Source of the DNA: an uncultured virus (IMG/VR IMGVR_UViG_3300047548_000908) | Taxonomy: Duplodnaviria; Heunggongvirae; Uroviricota; Caudoviricetes | Virus record (IMG/VR): IMGVR_UViG_3300047548_000908 | Span: 62,001 to 126,000 of that record | Direction: 5' to 3' (one strand) | DNA length: 64,000 nucleotides | Made by a program: the position numbers and the translations under genes | Part shown: one piece after another, positions 57,527 through 64,000 of the stretch | Layout of the letters: every line of letters starts with the position of its first letter | Position numbering within the stretch: position 1 is the first letter of the stretch | Notes under the pieces: model-generated | The model's database searches: none | Told to the model about the DNA's origin: nothing | Seen by the model: the letters and a program-made list of their open reading frames with translations, nothing else

Positions 57527-58153
57527 TTAACCAATACCTGTTGCTGAACCGCCACCGAACGCACGACCAACGTTTTGACCAATACCAGAAGTAAGTGGTG
57601 CCTGAATTGCGTTGTCGAAACGAACTGATAGCTGAATTGAAGCAACTTCGCTTGTCTTGTAATCTAAGTTGTTGTAGTTAACAGACTTAACAAAGCAACC
57701 ATACAATTCCCAAGTTTCTAGAATGTTTGGTAGAAGTGTACCGTTACCACCATCTAGAATTTCGTAATTGATTTGGAACTTGTAGTCTTGACCAGTTGCA
57801 GCAGAAGCCTGCTCAACAAAGTCTAACTGCTTCTGTAACTGTTGACCAACTAGCTTACTGACATTACCAGCAGCGTCATCACGAAGATTGATTGTGATTT
57901 CTTGCCAAGAATGCTTACCTGCTAGATAGACTTTACTGTTGTAAATATCCATCGTGATTTCATCGAACTGAACTTGAGGACGAGTAATGTCCATAACTTG
58001 TTTAGTCAATTCAACCGTTGAGCCACCAGTACCAAAATTCAAAAATAGAACTCGGAAGCGATATTGTAATTTTGGCATCAACATACCTTGGGAGCTTGGT
58101 GTGTTATCTGCTCCTACGGTCATGTTGTATAACGATTGTGAGGCTGTTGCCAT
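57527..58153 (-). CDS. tail tube protein (T4 gp19-like)
   Basis: PKLQYRFRV, LAGKHSW, WELYGCF, RFDNA; directly after the sheath gene. Confidence 0.85.
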   Translation of the reverse strand: MATASQSLYNMTVGADNTPSSQGMLMPKLQYRFRVLFLNFGTGGSTVELTKQVMDITRPQVQFDEITMDIYNSKVYLAGKHSWQEITINLRDDAAGNVSKLVGQQLQKQLDFVEQASAATGQDYKFQINYEILDGGNGTLLPNILETWELYGCFVKSVNYNNLDYKTSEVASIQLSVRFDNAIQAPLTSGIGQNVGRAFGGGSATGIG

Positions 58154-58189
58154 TTTTTATCTCCTATATTTTTATTTATCTCTTTAAGA

Positions 58190-58209
58190 GGCCCCCATTT
58201 AAGGGGGCC
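58190..58209 (-). terminator. GC-rich hairpin after the sheath gene
   Basis: ggccccc-atttaa-gggggcc; weak U tract. Confidence 0.55.
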
Positions 58210-58215
58210 ACTTAA

Positions 58216-61200
58216 TTAACCGCCAATTTCACCTGTGTTCAAGATGCGAACTGGGATGTAGATAAATTCAGCAGCCTTAACTGGCTCAATTGCTACATCA
58301 ACCCACAACTCGTTTCTATCGATACGAGCAGGGGTGTTATTGCTCTCATCACAAACTACTAAGTAGTCGTAAACACCACGCTTTGCAACTAGATCAACTA
58401 ACAACGACTGAACAACGCCAGTCATCTCTTGACGAGTGATTGCATCATTTGGTTCGAACACGAATGGTCTAGCAAGAACTTGTAGACGTTCACGCAAGTA
58501 GCAAACTAAACGAGCAACGTTAGTTCTATCCATTGCAGATTGTGTGTCTTTAGAGTTCTTGTTACCCCAGTTCAACAAGCCTACGTTCGTGAAGTAAGCA
58601 AGTGGGTTCAACTGGTTGGTATAGAGAACGTCACGAATTCCCATGCGGTTCTTGATAGACACGAACTCACCGGTAGTCTTTTCGATATAACCAATGTTAG
58701 TGGCGTTATCAATTGTACCACGACGAGTACCTGCTGCTGCGAACCAAGGATAAGCAACCTGATCGTTACGCAAGAATGTACGCAACATCATGTGTGATGC
58801 AGGAACAACTACGCTTGCACCAGTCAAATCAGTTGCAATTCCGCTTGGATAGAATATACCCATGTATTCATCTCTAGTAACAAGACCATCTTCACCTGTT
58901 GATGCAGCGCCTGCTTCGTTTCTTGCCCAAGCTTGAATTTCAGAAGCTTGATCACTCAAACGTAATGGTGTGTCACCAACGATGTAAGCAGTGTTATTAC
59001 GATCATTGTTAAGAGCAACCATGTCTGGTTGTAGCTCAGGATAACCAGGAGAAGCCATTAGATTGAAGAAAGTATCTTCCTCACGAATTCCCATGTTAGT
59101 TGTTATTGCTGCTTTAAGTGCCTGAACAACCATGTTACGCTGTGCCTTACGACCCATGTATGGAGAACCATCATTTTTTGTTCCGCTAGCAGAAACCCAT
59201 GCGTTCTTAACTGCTGGTAAAGATCCTTCGAAGTCTAAACCATTGAAATAGTTAGTCTTGAAAGTCTTGACATTGTAGCCTGAACGACGAGTGTTGAACA
59301 ATAACATTCCTTGTGGATATGAGTTTGCATCAGGTGCATCTAAATCTAGGTAGTTACTTGTCAACAAGTTGCTGATTGCTGGAATTGGATCATCGATTGG
59401 ATCAGTTGTTCCGTTAGGTGCCCAACGTGCGTCAGCAAAAACGATACCAGTTGAACTAGTTTGATCGGTCTTGTCGATTAAAACCCACTGATCAACGGTG
59501 TCAACTGACTGCCAACGATAGATCATTGGATAGTTTTCTAGATCGCTAGAGTCTAACCACAAGTCACCATATGCCAATTGAGTAACACCGTCTGACTGAG
59601 TAGAAGGCTCACTTGCGCTTACAATAACCCCATTTGGATCAGTTGAATTAACACCAGTGGCAGCTGGATGACCTGAACTGTCAAATGCCACGTTACCGTA
59701 ACCTTTCCAAACGTTGTTAACGTTAACTAGAATGTCAACTTCATCAACCACGCTATAGTACCATGGAGTACCTGTTGCTGGATCTGCCATCGGGGCACCT
59801 TCGTTAGCAGTATAAGAAACTGCAATCCAGTTTGAAAGAGCAGTTGAATATGTTACTGCTGGTGTACCGCTTACGATACCTACTGACTCGACTGCACCTG
59901 CATTTACAGAAATTACAACAAGTGTTAAGTCATTTGTAGTATCAACACCGCCTAAGTTTGAGCCTAGGATTGTTAGAGTGTCACCCACAGAGTAACCTGA
60001 TCCACCGGACGTAATTCCGTTGACAACATAGTGAGTTCCTAAGTTGCTTACATTGAATATTGCATCGCCTGTTTCTTCTACAGGAGCAGTTGTATTTTGA
60101 TAAGTGATAATAGAACCGTTCTTAGCACCAGTAACAGTACCTGCGGTGAATCCAGCAGAAGCAATGATACCATCAACTGGATCAGAAATGCCATCAACTG
60201 TATCATCAAGTTCAATTACACCACCTGCAGTGTGAACAATTTGTATTGCACCTGAGGTTGTATTATTGGTGATTGAGGTGTAAGGAATATTTCTTGCTTT
60301 CCATGAATTTACGAAAGCGTCAGAGTCATTACCAGCAACTTGGAATGCGTAAACATCGCTCATTGCGGAAGATCCTGGAACAGAAACACGAACCTTCAAA
60401 ACAGATCCGCTAATGAATGTTGGATCAACAACACTTCCGGTTACTACTGTTTCACCAGAGACTGCTCTTTCCCAGAAATAAAGAGGCGAAGTGTTAACTG
60501 AACCTCCCCACTGATACTGTGCAAAGACAGTACCAACTGGAATTGCTGCGCCACCAGTTGAGTCTAAGGTTGCGTTTGCTGCTGCATCGCTAACAAACTG
60601 ATTTACGGTTTGAACTACGAATGATGCGGCTGCACTGTTATACTTTGTTAAGATTGGTGTTAATCCATCTCTAGCAGAACCAACTTTAATCCAAACAGAA
60701 CCAGTTGGTCTTGGCTTCAACTGACTTGCAGTCCATAGTGGCATCTGTGAAGAAGTGCCATATGTAACTTCTGGTTGATAGAATGTACCCTCATCAATTC
60801 CCAAACTAGCTAAAGAGCCAGCAACGACATCAGTTAGTGTCAAGTAAGCATCCTTAGCAGGATGTGAAGAGTAAATTACAAGCTTACCGTTAACTGCTTC
60901 TGCATAAACGTTTGTAATACCAAATGCATTGATTGCATCGACTACGCCTGAGATCGAAGTGCTACCAAATACGATATCAAGTGTGTATTCTCCGTTTACG
61001 TTGATTGTGAACTCATGTGATGGGTTCAATGAATTGTTTGGATCGATACTTCCTGCAACAGTTGCTAGACTTCTCTTCCACTGTGTGCTTCCAACAGGAA
61101 CCCAAACGTTACTCTTGTTCTTATAGAAATACTCAGAAACAGCAGCAGGTGTTTCTGCTGGTTCAATTGCTACTACTGCGTAGTCGCCAATGTTTCCTAA

Positions 61201-61734
61201 CGTAGAAACTGGTGCACCATTGTTGATTTGTGCGGCATCAGTAATTACAAATGGAACTTTGTTAGTAAATTTGCCATTAGTTGCATTAAATTCAAAGATG
61301 CCCCATAACGAGTTAGTTGTATCTAACCAATAAGTACCGTTTGCAGGTGCGCCTGATGGGCGTGAAACCTGTCCCACTAAAGTAGCCAAATCCACATCAG
61401 CTCTTAAAACATATGCAGTATTGGTAACACCCAACAATGAATAAGCAGCCAATAGACCATACTCATTCAACTCATAACCTTGGATAGGTGTTCCGTTGCT
61501 AGTTTTATAGAAGAATGGATTACCGAATAGATTAACCAAATCACGTTGGCTAGTAACTTGATATAGCTTGTTAGCATTTCCTTTTGTTGTTGCGATTGCT
61601 ACTCCTGTTCCAGCAGCATTAGCCTTGTTTTGAGCAGTAGCTAATACTATCAACGGAACGGAGGCTGCGGCTGTAGTAACGTATTGACTTTGATCAATTA
61701 CTGTTACCTCTACGCCTGGTGACACTAGTGCCAT
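58216..61734 (-). CDS. contractile tail sheath protein (T4 gp18-like) with large insertion domains
   Basis: MALVSPGV, PWFAAAGTRRG, NVARL, FVFEPND, CDESNNTP, IEPVKAAEFI; start 61734 behind AGGAG. Confidence 0.92.
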   Translation of the reverse strand: MALVSPGVEVTVIDQSQYVTTAAASVPLIVLATAQNKANAAGTGVAIATTKGNANKLYQVTSQRDLVNLFGNPFFYKTSNGTPIQGYELNEYGLLAAYSLLGVTNTAYVLRADVDLATLVGQVSRPSGAPANGTYWLDTTNSLWGIFEFNATNGKFTNKVPFVITDAAQINNGAPVSTLGNIGDYAVVAIEPAETPAAVSEYFYKNKSNVWVPVGSTQWKRSLATVAGSIDPNNSLNPSHEFTINVNGEYTLDIVFGSTSISGVVDAINAFGITNVYAEAVNGKLVIYSSHPAKDAYLTLTDVVAGSLASLGIDEGTFYQPEVTYGTSSQMPLWTASQLKPRPTGSVWIKVGSARDGLTPILTKYNSAAASFVVQTVNQFVSDAAANATLDSTGGAAIPVGTVFAQYQWGGSVNTSPLYFWERAVSGETVVTGSVVDPTFISGSVLKVRVSVPGSSAMSDVYAFQVAGNDSDAFVNSWKARNIPYTSITNNTTSGAIQIVHTAGGVIELDDTVDGISDPVDGIIASAGFTAGTVTGAKNGSIITYQNTTAPVEETGDAIFNVSNLGTHYVVNGITSGGSGYSVGDTLTILGSNLGGVDTTNDLTLVVISVNAGAVESVGIVSGTPAVTYSTALSNWIAVSYTANEGAPMADPATGTPWYYSVVDEVDILVNVNNVWKGYGNVAFDSSGHPAATGVNSTDPNGVIVSASEPSTQSDGVTQLAYGDLWLDSSDLENYPMIYRWQSVDTVDQWVLIDKTDQTSSTGIVFADARWAPNGTTDPIDDPIPAISNLLTSNYLDLDAPDANSYPQGMLLFNTRRSGYNVKTFKTNYFNGLDFEGSLPAVKNAWVSASGTKNDGSPYMGRKAQRNMVVQALKAAITTNMGIREEDTFFNLMASPGYPELQPDMVALNNDRNNTAYIVGDTPLRLSDQASEIQAWARNEAGAASTGEDGLVTRDEYMGIFYPSGIATDLTGASVVVPASHMMLRTFLRNDQVAYPWFAAAGTRRGTIDNATNIGYIEKTTGEFVSIKNRMGIRDVLYTNQLNPLAYFTNVGLLNWGNKNSKDTQSAMDRTNVARLVCYLRERLQVLARPFVFEPNDAITRQEMTGVVQSLLVDLVAKRGVYDYLVVCDESNNTPARIDRNELWVDVAIEPVKAAEFIYIPVRILNTGEIGG

Positions 61735-61903
61735 TTTTATATCTCCTAATAAGTTTGTTTCTCTAATCATAGAATCAGAGGAGTCCCCGATTCACGAATC
61801 TTGATAGCTATACCCTTTTATATCTATCATATGGGTATTTATGATATATTCGTAAAAATAGCCATTTTACCGCACCTTTAAAGGTTATTTGATAAATATT
61901 TTT

Positions 61904-62251
61904 ATGATCAGACCTATATGCAAACTATGTAATAGGAATCACAGGGCTGTAAATTACCACCGAAACGGCAAGACTTACTACCGAAGTTGTTGCGATTCAT
62001 GCGGAAGAAAGAAATCCAAAAAGTCCCCATGGAAACCCACTTGGGAAAAAAGCGGATATAAGAAAAAAGCCACATGTGACTTATGTGGCTTTAGAAGTGT
62101 TTACTCCTCACAGATTACCGTGTTTCATATTGACGGCAAATTAGAGAATACTGAGTTCTCTAATCTTCGGAGCGTATGTTTGAATTGTGTAGAAGTTATA
62201 AAAAGAAAAGACCTTAATTGGAAACGAGGCGATTTAGAAGTCGATTATTGA
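61904..62251 (+). CDS. zinc-finger/HNH-like protein
   Basis: Four CxxC pairs; HIDG...N...NLRSVCLNC; ATG 5 nt after TAAATA. Confidence 0.65.
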   Translation: MIRPICKLCNRNHRAVNYHRNGKTYYRSCCDSCGRKKSKKSPWKPTWEKSGYKKKATCDLCGFRSVYSSQITVFHIDGKLENTEFSNLRSVCLNCVEVIKRKDLNWKRGDLEVDY

Positions 62252-62881
62252 TTCTATTTTGGACCGTAGTTCATCGATTGTTCCATTGTTGTCGATGATA
62301 TGATCATAGTTTAGCCCTACACTAGAATATTCACTAGGATGAATGTTCATCTTATTGAGTGCTTCTTTACTGATAGCCCAACCAATATTAGTAGGACCTT
62401 TATTTACTGCGATTGCATGTTCATACCATTCAGGGTTAGGTCCTCTGGTCACTCTTAACGTAATTCCTCCTGCCCGTTTAACTGCATCAAGTTCGTTGAC
62501 GAACCTAGAATCAGTGATTACGATGTTATCTTTAGATGATAGTAACTTGTGTTCAACGCTTGCAATCCAAATGCTATCATGAAAATGATTACGACAAACA
62601 TCAGTTCCCCAGTATTGAAGAATCCATCTCGGTGTTAAATGAGGCATATCTAGTCTCGCTGCCCACCAAGGATCAACTTGTTCTCGCCATTCTCTACTAG
62701 ATTTAGTTGTGCCTTCAAGCATCTCCCTATCCCAACCAAAAACAGCCGAGACCGCATCTTTTAATGAGGAGGCGAAACTAAGACGTTTAAACCCATGATA
62801 AGTTACAAGCAAGTCGGCAATGGTATCTTTTCCTGATCCAATAAGCCCACTGATACTGATTATCTTCTTTGACTCTTGCAT
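62234..62881 (-). CDS. deoxynucleoside monophosphate kinase (T4 gp1-like)
   Basis: GLIGSGKDT, FASSLK, PRWILQYWGTD, ITDSRFVNE, HPSE. Confidence 0.9.
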   Translation of the reverse strand: MQESKKIISISGLIGSGKDTIADLLVTYHGFKRLSFASSLKDAVSAVFGWDREMLEGTTKSSREWREQVDPWWAARLDMPHLTPRWILQYWGTDVCRNHFHDSIWIASVEHKLLSSKDNIVITDSRFVNELDAVKRAGGITLRVTRGPNPEWYEHAIAVNKGPTNIGWAISKEALNKMNIHPSEYSSVGLNYDHIIDNNGTIDELRSKIESIIDF

Positions 62882-62937
62882 GTTCTACCTTAAAAATAGA
62901 AGCATAACAAAATTCTAAAGAAAATGCTATATATTTT

Positions 62938-63702
62938 TTATCCAATTACCCAAGTCAAAGGTTGTGAATGGTCAGTATAAAGTTGCAGATCCTTAAGTAA
63001 CTTTTCTTGCATATCTTTTGCTTCAGCTTTTAATGCAGCCCCGTTCAACGAGCTACCGCCACTCGGTCCTGCAATTGTTGCAAATTTTTCTCTTGCTTCA
63101 CCTATTGTATATTTGATTTGAGAGAAAACCCAATCTCCTATCCAAATTCCAGAACCTGGATCTTGTAGAAGCTCAGATTCAGACCTTTCTAAGTCTCCCC
63201 AAATTAATATTTGCTCACCTTGACCTTTTGGATCACGAACCATTTTTAATTCTTTGGTAACTGGGTTAAAAGTAAAAATTACATACCCACCAAACATTCT
63301 AGCAGCCAACTCAATGTACTGAGCATAGAAGTCATATGTAGCCAAACCGCCAGCGTAGTTATAGTTCAACAGGTAAGTGTTAAGAATAGCACTACTGAAT
63401 GGGTCGAATGAAGACGCGGCAGGCCCCGTTTCTAGTCCAACTGTACGTCTGAACACTTGTCTTACATTTATAAACTCTGAAGGGAGAATATATGAGTTTT
63501 GATGTTTGTTTATTGTCATCAAGGTGTATGATTCGTTCGTGGCGTTTTGCGCTCTCTGACGATATACCTTTAAAGCATACTTATAAGCAGCCTCAAAATG
63601 CTCTGGATCTGCCTCGATGTCCACGATCCCTGAGCCTAACCGGTATCGAATGTTTTCGAACAGTTCTTCTTTTAGTTGATCCAATGTCATTGCCGTAGCC
63701 AT
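62938..63702 (-). CDS. neck protein (T4 gp13-like)
   Basis: RLG..IVDIE, GEAREKF...GP.GG.SLNG. Confidence 0.75.
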   Translation of the reverse strand: MATAMTLDQLKEELFENIRYRLGSGIVDIEADPEHFEAAYKYALKVYRQRAQNATNESYTLMTINKHQNSYILPSEFINVRQVFRRTVGLETGPAASSFDPFSSAILNTYLLNYNYAGGLATYDFYAQYIELAARMFGGYVIFTFNPVTKELKMVRDPKGQGEQILIWGDLERSESELLQDPGSGIWIGDWVFSQIKYTIGEAREKFATIAGPSGGSSLNGAALKAEAKDMQEKLLKDLQLYTDHSQPLTWVIG

Positions 63703-63707
63703 AAAAA

Positions 63708-63739
63708 ATCTCCAGATGACGTATTTATCATCAGGAGAT
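63708..63739 (-). promoter_or_regulatory. RBS-sequestering hairpin with a late promoter in the loop
   Basis: atctccagatga (63708-63719) / tcatcaggagat (63728-63739), one mismatch; TAAATA at 63722-63727. Confidence 0.72.
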
Positions 63740-63760
63740 CTATCAGACGTTAGCTAAGAC

Positions 63761-63967
63761 TTATTTCTTAGCGGATTCCTTCTCTGCTTTTCTTGCGTTT
63801 TTCTCAGCAGTAATTTCATTACGGCGTGCTTTAATTAGCTTTCCGATTTCAGCAAGTGCTTTCCTAGCTCTCGTGCCGGCAGCTGCATTGCCTTTACTAA
63901 ATTTTTCGTCTTCTTTAACCCACGCCTCAACTGCGGCTTTGATTTGTTCCACTGTAGTGTTATCCAT
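63761..63967 (-). CDS. small basic histone H1/Hc1-like protein
   Basis: KFSKGNAAAGTRARKAL.EI.K..K.RR.EI. Confidence 0.7.
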   Translation of the reverse strand: MDNTTVEQIKAAVEAWVKEDEKFSKGNAAAGTRARKALAEIGKLIKARRNEITAEKNARKAEKESAKK

Positions 63968-64000
63968 TTTTTTATTTCCTTAAATAAGACTGAATGTTAA

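Noticed and set aside
1043..63698. Numerous short plus-strand ORFs in the track (e.g. 5433-5870, 35141-35536, 36430-36792, 37327-37719)
   Set aside because: Antisense shadows of well-supported minus-strand genes, with no recognisable motifs
1..64000. Stop-codon reassignment
   Set aside because: Genes are full length and tightly packed under the standard code, and TAA, TAG and TGA all terminate genes

Overview
A 64 kb segment of a large T4-like (contractile-tailed, probably jumbo) phage genome. It is AT-rich, uses the standard genetic code, and almost all genes are on the minus strand. From left to right: (i) 1-8.7 kb, a 7-deazaguanine DNA-modification cluster (folE, queD, queE, a TGT/DpdA-like transglycosylase, a second QueD-like/DpdL-like T-fold protein) interleaved with two GT-B glycosyltransferases, an NDP-sugar epimerase and two GIY-YIG homing endonucleases; (ii) 9.7-13.6 kb, sliding clamp and family B DNA polymerase; (iii) 13.6-35 kb, an array of enzymes (3 amidoligases, 5 ADP-ribosyltransferase-like domains of one family, kinase, nucleotidyltransferases, ligase-like, peptidase-like) that mostly share a short N-terminal M-[RK]-x-x-[ED]-[FIL]...[LIV]-x-E leader, and whose multi-domain members have [LIV]-x-E motifs at domain junctions; (iv) 35-45.7 kb, glycosyltransferase, ClpA, DnaJ, PhoH, clamp loader, GroES and a DnaE fragment; (v) 46-64 kb, baseplate, tail and neck genes, GH19 lysin, an acidic core-like protein and dNMP kinase. 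The best candidate for an undescribed system is region (iii), read as a capsid-targeted, prohead-protease-processed payload of host-modifying enzymes, including polyproteins. Second is a possibly glycosylated 7-deazaguanine DNA modification. Non-coding signals include TAAATA late promoters, promoters embedded in RBS-sequestering hairpins, likely leaderless mRNAs, a candidate structured ncRNA at 23.1-23.2 kb, and an endonuclease insertion that replaced the 5' end of folE. All calls rest on motifs read by eye; no database searches were run.
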